Assembly (NCBI GenBank): GCA_951406725.2
Contig: OX597815.1
Span: 31,806,001 to 31,870,000, forward strand
Direction of reading: 5' to 3'
Source: Octopus vulgaris
Taxonomy: Eukaryota
Length of the DNA: 64,000 bases
Within the stretch, counting starts at the first letter, position 1, and the number at the start of each line of letters is the position of its first letter. Shown here piece after piece: positions 43,840 to 56,921 of this stretch. The translations under genes were made by a program, and so were the position numbers. The notes beneath the pieces are model-generated. The model made no database searches and was not told the origin of the DNA. It saw nothing but the letters and a program-made list of their open reading frames with translations.

Positions 43840-44759
43840 TTAAGCTACATCATAAATAATTAATAGAAGAAGAATCTAGCATAAAGAATCACTATGATTT
43901 CACATAACTCACTCATCTCCTTTTTATACTCTCTGATCCGCTCTAAGTATTCATTGTTTTTTAATGTAACACAACTTCCGACAAGTATCTAACGCACAAT
44001 CTAACATCAAAGACATCCTGTGAATGAATATGTCAAAACAAAAGCCTCTCAGAATAGCTCATCACCTTATTTCTATGAAATTATTTTCAGAGCAAACATA
44101 TTATTCCTTATTAGAAATTACTTTTTCAATTTGTTCCCCTATTTTCTGAGGTCTAAATTATAGCCTTAATTTCACAGTAAAATATCACAAACTTCATGTG
44201 TAAATCTGACAGGCAACCAACCAACAGTCAGGATTTTTGTTACAAGTAGCTTACCAAACAACAAAAACAACAACAACAACAACAGCTAAAATAGAAATCA
44301 GCACTAGTTGTTGCAGGAATTAGGTTGTCAACATGTTAGTCAGACTATAAAAAGCAACATGATGCCAACAGTATCTGTTACCACAGAATTTCCAGAACAT
44401 TCCATGAGCCCTTTTCCTCCCTTCTGTTTGTCTGTTGCTAAAAAACATTCCCTCCTTCTTTTTACTAATCTCCATAAATAACAACAGAAACGCACAGAAT
44501 TCATTCAGTCTGTGACTTTTGGCATAGCTCTGTGATGTTGGTTTGTGTGTGTGTGTGTGTATGTATTCCCTCCGCCTCATCCTTCCACACATGGCACACA
44601 TTTTTGATTTTTATTTATCTAGTTATTGGGATGGGTGGTGGGTTTGAGAAAAAAGGGTTTTGGAGAAATGCTAGTGTTTGTAGTGTTTTGGTACCTTCTC
44701 TGAAGAATTAAAGATAAAGAAGTTATCTAACTTCTTCAGTAAAATGCTGAATGGAAACA

Positions 44760-45255
44760 ATCCCGTTGATGATAGTGGCGGTGATTGTGATGACGGTCAC
44801 GGTAATGATGACAAGAAGTTTGAGAATGATGATGATAATGATAACGATGGTGATGATGATGGTGACACTGATGATGTTGATGATGGCGAGGGTGACAACA
44901 ACGACGATGGTGGTGATGACAACGATGACGACAACAATGATAATGATGATGATGAGAACAGTGAGGGTGATGACGACGATGATGATGATGGTTGTGATGG
45001 TGGTGGAGGTGGTGGTGGTGGTGGTGGTGAGGGGGACAACAATGATGATGATGATAACGACAGTAAAGGTGATGATGATGATGATGATGACAGTGAAGGT
45101 GATGATGATGATGATGGCGACAGTGAAGGTGATGATGATGATAATGACAATGATGATGATGATGATGATAGCAAAGATGATGGGTAGTAGGAGGCAAATG
45201 GTGTCACCGATGATGCTATTGCCACTCATCCCCCCTCCTCCTCCTCCTCTCTTCC
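44760..45255. repeat. Degenerate (GAT)/(GGT) low-complexity tract
   Basis: Directly visible. Confidence 0.85.
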
Positions 45256-46411
45256 TCTTTCTCCACTTCTGTTTCTTCCATCATTACAGTAAAAATAGAA
45301 AACACCCAACAAAATCTGTAGGGCATTTGTTGCAAACCCCCAGCCCTCATTCTTTAAAATATTCTCACCCTGTACTGAATCAATCTGCTGAAAGAAAAGA
45401 TACACAACTTCTTTTCCTTTTTATTTCTTAATACATTTATTTATATAATTTTTCATGTTTTGTTGTGATATTATTATTATTATTATTGTTATTATTATTA
45501 TTGTTATTATTATTTGTTTTCTTGTTTTATGCCCCTCTGATAAGATATTTGGTAAACTGAAACCAGTCAGTCAGGGAAGACGAATGTTCATTCTTTTCTT
45601 ATCGATTGACCTTTAAATATAAACCCCCGTTCTGCAACTGCTGAGAGTAGGTATTCGCTGTCATTAAATATCCCCTATATAAACTGAAGATATCTTTAAC
45701 TTCTTATAAATTTAGTCCCCACTGTAAATTCAGACAAATCCTGGCACTAAAGTACCACCCCCAAAAGGTTTATTGAATATGTATCTTTCTCTCTCACTTT
45801 CTGTGTGTGTGTGTGTGTGTGTGTGCATGAACATATATATATACACATATATATATATATATATAGAAATTCTATGGAAGAGGAATTTTCTGTTAAATCA
45901 CTACAGCCAAGCAAATGAAAAGATGATGCTTGGAGTTACACAAGGTGAAGTTCAGAGTTTGATAAGCCTGTATATTAGTGTATATTTCTCTGTGAAGTAC
46001 TTTGAATACTTTTACTTTTATTTTTGTCATGCATATATGCACTTAATGTACAGTCATGCATTTATTACACCACATAATATGTGTGGGCATGTGGGTGTAT
46101 ATATGCATAAATACATATATACATACATTTGGCATCAAAGCTGTAGACTTTTGGCTTATAACTGATGAAGGATTGAGTATGTCAACAACCAATATATAGT
46201 TATTTTCCTATTTCCCATAACTTCCTTTGTCATTCCCTTGTACTACATTTTTATATATATATATAGTATCATCATCATCATCGTTTAGCATCCGCTTTCC
46301 ATGCTAGCATGGGTTGGACGGTTCAACTGGGGTCTGGGAAACCAGAAGGCTGCACCAGGCCCAGTCTGATCTGGCAATGTTTCTACGACTGGATGCCCTT
46401 CCTAACGCCAT

Positions 46412-46469
<58 letters not shown>

Positions 46470-46795
46470 GAATGACCCATTTTAAATTCTGTTGGATTTT
46501 ACTCATAAGGTATTGGAATCTTACATATATACCATTCTGTCTAAAAAATGGATCTACAACTTCAATATCCCTACCTATCTCACATCTATTTTCTTTCCTC
46601 CACCTCACTCTCTATTTTGTATCCTATCTAAATTAACTATTACTTACCATCCTCTCACACTGTCTCCAATGAAGGGATATAATTAATAAATATCCTGCAA
46701 ACAGCTGTAAGACCATCTATCTATAAATGTTCCAATATCTACACACACCTGGTTTTTTATCTCATTACGCAAAAAATTCATATATATATATAACT
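46470..46795 (+). mobile_element. Penelope-like non-autonomous remnant with degenerate minimal hammerhead (46662-46713)
   Basis: gtct-ccaatga-agggatat..atatcct-gcaaa-cagctg-ta-agac, sitting next to (TA)n. Confidence 0.5.
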
Positions 46796-46814
46796 TACTG
46801 TGTTAGAACACCAA

Positions 46815-47015
46815 ATACTGTCATATTTGCCTTGAGAGGTCTTCTCATAAAGATACTTCTTGCATAAAAGTACAGACACTGTAGCAGTGAGAATTATCTG
46901 AAATTGGTGCCAAAACTACCAGATCATGATTCTTGTTAGCTACAATATATGTTTGTGCTTTTATGCCCCTTGCATCTATGTGAGAAGACTTCTCAAGGTG
47001 CAAATAAAACAGTAT
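46815..47015 (+). ncRNA. Candidate long intronic hairpin RNA
   Basis: Six consecutive helices, about 75 bp in total, with 8 G-U and no A-C pairs on the + strand. Confidence 0.5.
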
Positions 47016-49066
47016 CCAGCATTGTAACAATACATCCATGTTAAGTTGGATATGAAGATTGCCTTTTGGTATACATTCCACATTCGAATTCGAATTCGTG
47101 TAAAGCCATTCAATTCTTGTAAAAGAGACTGTGAATGTTTGGAAACTTTGAATATAAGTTAAGTAATTTTATTGTTTGGAACTAGCAACAGAAAACCATG
47201 ATGAAAATATGAGAAATTTAAACAAAGAAGATAAAATTCGAGCACAGTCATGTATTTAGTTAAACATGTTAAAAAGGAAAAACTTTTCCATGTGTGTGTT
47301 TGTGTGTGAAGACATGTGGCATAGTGGTTCGGGTATTAGATTCGAGATTGCAAGATTGTGATTTCAGTTGCCACATGTACTTATTGCATAACCAACCCTT
47401 TATCTTCTTACATGCTGTAAAGTAGTTGGCTAAAATGAGAAGAGAATAGCATAAGGTTAGGAGACTCCTCTAATTCTGTGTCAGCTAGGACTATTCAATC
47501 TTCACTGTTGGTGCCACAAGAAAATGCCTCCTGTACACTTAGGAATGGCATCAAGCCACTGATATCCAGTTAAATGACGCATACAAGTTCTGGGTCTCTT
47601 GGAGCGTTAGCTCACATAAGGAGATGATTTAAATTGTGATGACGCATCCATTACGGTATGGAAGGTTGATTTAAAATGTTAATGATGATTGTATGTGTGC
47701 AAGTTCACACACACACACACACACATACACACACACATATGGGTGTGTATATAGTTATGTATTTATGTATGTATATATATAATGTGTCTGTGTGTGTGTT
47801 TGTGTGTATATATTTAAACTATAATTTACAGTTTTATATATTAGTGTCCATCATTTGATCTCTTCAGAACTTACTTTTAAACTTGTTCTGAAGAGATCAA
47901 AATGATCACAACAGATTTATAATCCTATAAACTATTGTTTAAATAAATAATAAAATATGTATGTGTGTGTGTGTTTGTGTGTATATATATATATAAAACA
48001 GTAGGTATTTAAAATAAAAATAAAAATAGAAATTCTTTTTATTTGGTGAGATGTAGGGGTCTATCTCTAAATTAAAAAAATATATATATAAATATATGAG
48101 TGTATGTATGTATGTATAAAACATATACACACACACATTCATACATATACACACATATACTCACAAATACACACACGCACCTTCATACATTCACACACAC
48201 TCACACACACACACACACACATATACTGTCAAGTATATTGCAATTTAACAAATTCCAATATACTTGAAAAACGTTGTTTGTCTTGTTATTGTTTTGATTG
48301 TTTTATAATTTCTTCATTTACTTTTCGTTTTTTTTTCCCCTCATAAAGCCCCCAATGTTATCCTTATGTTGAATTAGTTCTGAATCTAACCACTTGACAA
48401 TGAAATCGGTTAATGATACCAGTTTCCGAACCTGGAGGGGATCTCTAATAAAGTGACATGACTAGAGGCTTAATAACAATTTTCAAATTTATATTTGAAA
48501 ATAGCCAAAGAACACAAATAAAGAATACAATGTTAACTGCTAGACCATTTAAAATTTTCATTTTGCTTTTGATTTTTAGTATATTTTTTGTGGGTTTTAT
48601 TTATTGATTTCGTTTTTAAAATATTCTTTGTCACATCTTAAGCATCTTGGTTTTTAAAAGAAGTTGATTTCTATTCAGTCATCAAAAGTTTTCCAGGCAA
48701 TGAAATTGATTATATTAAATATCTGTTCACTAAGTCTCTCTCTCTCTCTCTCACACACTGTCTACCTTTTAGACACTCTCACACACATGCACACATATGA
48801 ACACACACATGTATGCACAAGCAAACACATATTTCAAAATAGTGTTCCCATTCTAATAGTTTCTTACAATGACACAAGGTTGCAAATTGTTGCAGAAATG
48901 TAGAATTGACTGAATCCACTTTGGTACTTGACCAGTACTTACAAATATAGATCCAACAGATTAAAGGCAAAACTGTCTGAGTAGGATTTAAACTTAGAAA
49001 ATTATATATCATCATCATCATCATCATCATCATCATCGTTTAGCATCCGTTTTCCATGCTAGCATG

Positions 49067-49133
<67 letters not shown>

Positions 49134-49888
49134 GGAACAAAAATGCAATATAAACATTTGGACAGATAGACGATACAAATGTGGACAAGAGAAACAGCAA
49201 TTAAAAGGACGGGCAAAAAAGACAGGTCGTTCGTGGCCTTCTTTCTTCAGTCAAGTAACAGGCATCACAACCATTTCATACAGTTACACTTGGGATGGTC
49301 TAATCTACATATATATATATATGTATAAAACCAATTATAGCAGTGACTCCATCTAAGAATATCTGAAGAAGGAATATTATTCCAAAATATCATATCAGAC
49401 TATGGATGACTAAATTACAAGAGATATATAGTCCATTGTTTGTATTATAGTGCGTTGTTGTACCATTCAAAACTTTTTATTCTTTACAACAATACACAAT
49501 GCTTCAAATGAACTACAATACTCTCATATATATATATATTCATCATTTAACGTCTGTTCTCCATGCAGGCATGGGTTGGGTAGTTTGACAACAGCTGGCA
49601 ACCCAAAGGGCTATGCCAGGTTCTATTGTCAGTTTTGGCATAGTTTCTACAGCCGGAGGCCCTTCCCAATGCCAACCACTTTAGAGAGAGTGCTGGATGC
49701 TTTTATCACTGGCACCAGAAGCAGTCGGGCCTCCAAGTAACATGCAAGACAAGGCGAACTGGGTAGAGTAGTACTGAGGAAAGTGGGTTTCTGCCAGTTG
49801 ATGAATAATAATATTATTAAAGAATAATAAAGGAATAGGTGTCTTGCTGTAGAAAAGATACAAAGAAATCCCAGTTGGAGAAGAAGGG

Positions 49889-49942
<54 letters not shown>

Positions 49943-50302
49943 GTGATCTTAATATATATATTTGGTGATCTTAGCCAAAAGGCACACACACATACACACA
50001 CACATATGCATGCACATGCACACATATACACGTACACAGAATCACATACAGATACAATTAGTAGAATACCAAACTAGATGAATTTATCATCATTTTAAAA
50101 TCCACTTTTCCTTGTTGATGTGGATTTGATAAAATTTGTTGTGGTATATTTTTTTAAGCTCAGATTCCCTTAAGGATCAAACTTCTTAACTACACAGCTA
50201 TACCAGCGCCTATGAATCAATATATTGATTTCAGTACCTCACTGATGTGAATTCAAATCTTTTCAGAGTTGACTTTGCTTTTCACCTGTCTGTGGCCGTT
50301 AA

Positions 50303-50522
50303 TCCTTTAGTATTTAAACTGGCCATTTCAGGCCTAAATATTCTACATGTTTTATGTTCAAACTGGCCCAGATCCTGCCTCTCACACTTACCATGCATTG
50401 TCTTTCTAAAAACAGTCAATCATATCACTGAAATCTCAAACCACTAGCTGAGAAAGGATTAATTCAAAACAACGTGAATAAATGAACATTGCATTTGGCA
50501 GAGTAATCTGAATGCTAAAAGG
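50303..50522. mobile_element. piggyBac-like MITE
   Basis: TTAA|TCCTTTAGTATTT ... AATGCTAAAAGG|TTAA. Confidence 0.8.
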
Positions 50523-52084
50523 TTAAAGAATGCTTCAATAATAAAACCAGAATTTATTGAGTCAGTTACTACTTCAAACCAAGTATTTCAAATCATTAAA
50601 ACTAGATTTCTTATAAAGACATGAACCTTCATATTTGAAAAAAATAAAAAGATGGTTGTGTGACATACATTCCTTTCTCTAAGAATTCAAGGACAAAAAT
50701 GAAATGTCTGCAGACTTGGTTTGCCACAAGAGCTTAATTTGTTTAGGGTTAGCTTCAAATGTTCTCTACTCTGAAAGGGACAAGAAATGGATGTTGTTAC
50801 ATCCATGCCTCTCCCAAGATCATTAGAAGCATAATTGAATCAGTCTTCTAATGCAGACCAAAACAGGATCAAAATGAGAGGCTTATTCGATAGTGCTTGC
50901 AAGAAACTTGCAGTCTATTAATATCAACCAATCTCACTTGATTAGAATATAAGAAAATACCAAATAAACTGAAATAATGAATAAAAAGGAATGGAATAAA
51001 AATAAAAGAAAATCAGCCCATGCTTCTTATCTAGATTATACCATTAATTCAATCCCCAGTAGCATTTAATCTTTAAACAAATCCAAGAGAAGTTTACAAC
51101 AATATATTCCACGTCCCTTTCCTCTTCACCATTAGCTTACCATCAATCACCTCTCACTAACTCAATTTCTTTGTGGTCTTAGATGCACACACACTCACAC
51201 TATGCCTGAAAGAGAAACAGGGTGGTCTCAACTGAATCGCTTTTGATCATAGGTATACTTGATCAGTACTGACCTAGGGCTAAATACAACAACATCAGCC
51301 ATAAAAAGCAATTCCTTTGCTGATAATTCAATCCCTTTCTTTTTACTTTCTCTCTTTCCTTATTTCTCCAACATGTCTCTTTTCTAATAAAACTATGAAG
51401 TTTGCAGTCTTTGATGTGAATCCTCTGACACCAAGCAATCTTATCTCTATCCTTCTATGCGGACTTTTACATCAGATTATCTAATGGCAGACACAATCTT
51501 AGACTTACTTCTCATACAAATACACACATATACACACACTCTTTTTATCCTTTCTTCTCTCTCTTTCTCTCTCTCCCTCTTGCTCTCAATCATTTACTCA
51601 ATCTCTCTCTCTCTCCCACTTCCCACTCACTTTCTCTTTCCAAAAAAGAAATGAAGAAAAAGGAAAATATAAGATTATTCCTTATTTTATACATGTATGT
51701 GTATGTATGGTATATACAGACACACTCACACAAGCATGTGTACGCCACACACACACACAGCTTATAATATTACTAATAGAATAGTTGATCCATCCAGACA
51801 TTTTATCCATTTGTTCCATGATTGGGTAGAACCAATACTGGGTAGATAGTCACATAAGCATAGTAGTTGTTTTTTTTTTTATTATTATCTCAATCCTTTT
51901 ATCCATTCTTCTACAGATTTATTCATTTGTTCAGGTTTATGAACATTTTTTTTCATGCTAGCATGGGTTAGACAAATACATATTATTCAGGCATTAATTT
52001 CATAACCTGATGTTCTCCCTTCTCTGCTAAATGGGTAATATGAGAGTGCCTGAATGACAGTACAAATGAACAGGGAGAAAAGCT

Positions 52085-52685
52085 GGCTCCTGTGCTGGTG
52101 GCACTTAAAAAGCACCATCCAAACGTGTTCATTGCCAGGCCTGCCTTGCTAGCTCTGGTGCCGGTGGTACGTAAAAAACACCAACTGATCGTGACCAACA
52201 CCAGTAACCCCTTAGTGGTTCCTGTACCGGTGGCACATAAAAAGCACCATTTGAACATGATTGTTGCAGGCCTGCCTTACTGGCTCCTGTGCCGGTGGCA
52301 CGTAAAAAGCATCCATAACACTCTCAGAGTGGTTGGCATTAGAAATGGTATCCAGTTGTAGAAACTCTACCAGACCAGATTGGAACCTGGTGCAGACCTC
52401 AGTCAAACCATCCAACTCATGCCAGCATGCAAAACGGACATTAATCGATGATGATGATGATAAGTATATGTTAGTGTGTCTGTGTTTGTCCCCACTCCAT
52501 CGCTTGACAACCGATGTTGGTGTGTTTACATCCCCATAACTTAGCATTTCAGCAAAAGAGACCAATAGAATAAGTACCAGGCTTACAAAGAATAAGTTCT
52601 GGGGGGTTGATTTCTTCAACTAAAGGTGGTGCTCCAGCATGGACACAGTCAGATGACTGAAACAAGTAAAAGAATAAAAGAATAT
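52085..52685 (+). mobile_element. Family C (RTE 3' UTR) followed by a SINE A tail
   Basis: Subrepeats, (GAT)n at about 52448-52461, then the SINE A 3' half. Confidence 0.75.
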
Positions 52686-53367
52686 CATTTAAATCTCAAA
52701 GCTACATGATAATGCAGGATTAATTCCAAATGATGTGGATGATTAAGCATTACATTTGACAGTAATCCAAATGCTAAATGGTCAAAGTAGATGCACGTAA
52801 TGGAAAAGAAATACCTATGGAGGTATGCGACAATCTGGGGGAAAAATCGTAAAACCTTGAACCTCAGATTCAGCTGATAGAGAACTGCAGTGCTTAGCAA
52901 CACAGTCTTGAAGAAGACTCACCCACTGGTGAAACAGTCATTGAAATTGTGGTGGCAATAATAGAGGTTAGGATGTGCAGTATATTCATTGAGTCTTCAT
53001 CCATTTCCCTGTTAAGTTTCCTTTTACTGCCCCTTTTGTTATCTTCTCATCTATCACTCACGCCATCCATCATGATGTTATAACAATGGCATCCCTCATC
53101 ATACAACCATATTACCTTTATAATGATGAATGCCATATGACATGTTTGTATTCAGCTTTTCTACCATCACCTTTTATCATTCTATCTCTCTTCTATCATC
53201 ACCTCATTCTCACACTACCTCTCTTCCATCATGATACCTGTGTATAATGAGGGTTGATATCTGATCTATCCTTATACAGTACCTCCTTTCATTATTGTTA
53301 GCTATTGTTAGCCACCATTTTCTCCCCTCTGTCCTCCATCATGTGGTTCTTCAATGATATATACCTG

Positions 53368-53598
53368 TTTCTTTATTACCCACAAGGGGCTAAACATAGA
53401 GGGGACAAACAAGGACAGACAAACGGATTAAGTCAATTACATCGATCCCAGTGCGTAACTGGTACTTAATTTATCGACTCCGAAAAGATGAAAGGCAAAG
53501 TCGACCTCAGCGGAATTTGAACTCCGAACGTAATGGCAGACAAAATACCGCTAAGCATTTCACCCGACGTGCTAACAATTCTGCCACCTCGCCACCTT
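53368..53598 (-). mobile_element. SINE family B, full length
   Basis: Reverse complement of 55734-55968. Confidence 0.88.
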
Positions 53599-53951
53599 AT
53601 CTTCATTGATATATACCATAGACCAATGTCCCCCACCACTACAAACACCTATTATAAACTGTCTTTAGTTCTGTCTGTCACTCATTCTTAGTCATGTTTG
53701 CCTTGGAAGAATGGAGACAACACAGAACAGTGAAACCATTTTTGTCTTACAGAAGACATGGCAACCTCTCTTGAGATGGAGCCAGGATACAATTCACCCA
53801 GTGCTCTCTATATTTTATCAGCTTATTTTATAAACAAAACATTGTACCATCATGAAACCTATAATACTTCAGATTGTTTATACCAGTGTAGAAACTATGG
53901 AATTTCTTTTCATAAACTGATATCTTCTTTTTCTCACTCTTCCACTTTCAG

Positions 53952-54101
53952 AGCCAGTAATATACTTTGCAAAGGGTCACCACATTGTCGATGAAAGTGT
54001 GAAATACATTGATGTTTCAGTCCACCGTGTTGGTCCAGATTTGTCTCAAGCTTCAAGTGTAACCCTGAGATCAAAGAGTACAAATATCTACTCAGCTGAA
54101 T
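53952..54101 (+). CDS. FREM2: FREM2-like exon (Calx-beta 3, start); absent from the ORF track in this frame
   Basis: ctttcag acceptor, gtaagt donor, 150 nt. (E)PVIYFAKGHHIVDESVKYIDVSVHRVGPDLSQASSVTLRSKSTNIYSAE resembles FREM2 EP..YF......VDES..Y....V.R.G.DLS..SSVT.RS. Confidence 0.93.
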
Positions 54102-54184
54102 GTAAGTTTCTGTGTTTCTTATCATTTATAAATTTCACTCAAATGATTCTTAAGTTTTGATTCTATTTTTCTGAAAAGGTTATC

Positions 54185-54603
54185 AGGTGCAGGAGTGGCT
54201 GTGTGGTAAGTAGCTTGTTTACCAACCACATGGTTCCGGGTTCAGTCCCACTGCGTGGCATCTTGGGCAAGTGTCTTCTGCTATAGCCCCGGGCCGACCA
54301 ATGCCTTGTGAGTGGATTTGGTAGACGAAAACTGAAAGAAGCCTGTCGTGTATATGTATATATATATATATGTGTGTGTGTGTTTGTGTGTCTGTGTTTG
54401 TCCCCCTAGCATTGCTTGACAACCGATGCTGGTGTGTTTACGTCCCCGTCACTTAGCGGTTCGGCAAAAGAGACCGATAGAATAAGTACTGGGCTTACAA
54501 AGAATAAGTCTCGGGGTCGATTTGCTCGACTAAAGGCAGTGCTCCAGCATGGCCGCAGTCAAATGACTGAAACAAGTAAAAGAGTAAAAGAGAAAAGAGT
54601 AAA
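54185..54603 (+). mobile_element. SINE family A, full-length reference copy
   Basis: tRNA-like head (gtggctgtgtggtaag; gggttcagtccc), CORE-like cttgggcaagtg segment, internal (TA)/(TG) tract, (GTAAAAGA)n tail. Confidence 0.9.
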
Positions 54604-55600
54604 TTATTCTGACAATCATTAAATCCTCTTGTGAACTGACAAACAAAATTACTTGTAATTTTGATAATATTGGCAATGTCAAATTTATAATCATTGTAAT
54701 TTTAGAGAAAGAAAAAAATTAACTGAAGAAAAATGTCTGGAGTAATTTGTGACTTCAGTTAAGTAGATTTCACAAACAAAAAAAAACAACCTTCCAAGCA
54801 GTGACTTAACCTGCTTAGAAAAGGAGCCAAACCACCTTTAAATTGTACTCTACTGTTACCAACAAAGGGTTCTTATATTGGATAATGTAGATTTAGAGAT
54901 GTTATGCCTGAAAAAAATTATGACTGGAACATTGTGGGTCTGTTCAATTAGATCTGGTCTAGAGTTAAACAAGGAAAGCTCTACACAGACACTTGAGGCT
55001 TGCATGCTCCACTGAATGTGCAATGTTAATGTAGATGTATGACAAAGTGCAATTATATTAAGAAAAAAATTAGGTGCAAGAGGCAGTCATGTAATGAATA
55101 AGGATGAGGAGAGCTGTATAAAGAAGTATTCCAGTTGTTATGACAGATGTTCTAAATTTTAACAAAGTTTGAAATAAAATTTTAAATAACTACTTAGAAA
55201 AGTACATGTGTGTGTATGTGTGTGCATTTGTGTGTGTTTATGTCTCCCTGTCTTGACGTCTCACAATAGATGTAAACAAGAACCACCTTCAGACAAGTGA
55301 TGTTGAACATTTCCATTCTTCTGTGGAAACATGTCTAGCCATTGTGAATAATATATATCTTGCTTGGAAAGAAGTGGGAGACTCATGATAGGAAATTAGA
55401 TCCAGCTATAGAAAATCTGCATCAATGAATTTCAGTCAACCCATGCCAGCATGGAAATGTGGATGTTAAAGTAATGATAATAACCATCCTCAAGTAATGC
55501 TCAATTCAAATTTCCCCCCTTAGTTTGAGGCTCAAATCTCATTGAGAAAGACTTCTATCTTTGATCTACCCAAAGTTAATAGAAATATAAAATAAATGCC

Positions 55601-55998
55601 AGGTATGGCAGTGTGGTAAAATGTTTGCTTTCCGACTACATGGTTCTGGGTTCAGTCCCACTGAATGGCACCTTGGGCAAACGCCTTGGACTGATCAAAG
55701 CCTTGTGAGTCGATTTGGTAGACAGAAACTGAATTAAGGTGGCGAGCTGGTAGAAATGTGAGCACGCCCGGCGAAATGCTTAGCAGTATTTCGTCTACTG
55801 CTACGTTCTGAGTTCAAATTCTGCCGAGGTCGACTTTGCCTTTCATCCTTTCGGGATAGATAAATTAAGTACCAGTCACGCACTGGGGTCGATGTAATCG
55901 ATTTAATCCCTTTGCCTGTCCTTGTTTGTCCCCTCTATGTTTAGCCCCTTGTGGGCAATAAAGAAATAAGAAACTGAAATAAGCCCCTCATATATGTA

Positions 55999-56045
<47 letters not shown>

Positions 56046-56256
56046 CAAATTTACAGAAAACAAAACAGGTGAAAGAACAACAAGCAGGTGTATTAATTTA
56101 ACACTTGGGAAGAAGTCTTGTGTTTTTGAGTTTATGCTCTTCGACAAAAGATTAAGAGGGAAAAAATGGAGAGAGAAAATAATGTGTAGGGCTTAATAGG
56201 TTCAACATGATGAAATGGCTGGAGGAAAGAGGTGGAATACATACACACATGTGTGC

Positions 56257-56295
<39 letters not shown>

Positions 56296-56540
56296 TGTCT
56301 TTGTGTAAGTGTTTGCCTCCCCCCACCCACAACCACTGCTTGACAACTAGTGTTCATGCCCCCATAACTTAGCAATTCAACAAAAGAGTTCAATAGAATA
56401 AGTACCAGGTTTCACAAAAAATAAATAAATAAAATAATAACAAGAACTGGGGTCAATAAGTTTGTTTAAAATTCTTCAAGGAAGTGCCCCAGCATGGCCG
56501 CAGTCTGATAACTGAAACGAATGAAAGAGAAAAGAGAAAA
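55601..56540 (+). mobile_element. SINE A host containing SINE B (55734-55968) and a further repeat fragment (about 56041-56200)
   Basis: AGAAACTGAA duplicated at 55724-55733 and 55969-55978 around SINE B. The third insert matches 18680-18775 in reverse. Confidence 0.85.
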
Positions 56541-56872
56541 TACCAAAATTAATTCCGGTGACCACAGCTCTTCCATAACAGAAAACAAATCTTTTTATCA
56601 ATTGAAAAATATTAAAGAGGTTTTCAGAAATAATTTGAGTTGAATACCCAAGCAAAATATATTTTTTCAAAACATTAGTTATTTCATTTGTTCTTTACAC
56701 AAAACACTATCTTCCATGTTTTCGGTAAATTCTAACAGAATAGTTACTGATTTCTTTTGAATTAATGCTTTCATTATATTTCAAATGTTGTATCATTGTA
56801 GATTCATTGTAGCCTTGAAAGATAATGCTTTGTTATATTCAATTTTATTGTTCTCGTTATTTTGTAAAAATA

Positions 56873-56921
<49 letters not shown>

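Noticed and set aside
44723-45431. Asp/Gly-rich or Met-rich ORFs resembling acidic matrix proteins
   Set aside because: Several frames on both strands are open, as expected for GAT/GGT low complexity, and no convincing splice or start context was found.
34698-53951. Nested protein-coding gene in the 19-kb intron
   Set aside because: No ORF or exon chain with recognisable non-TE protein similarity was found on either strand, although small exons could be missed by eye.
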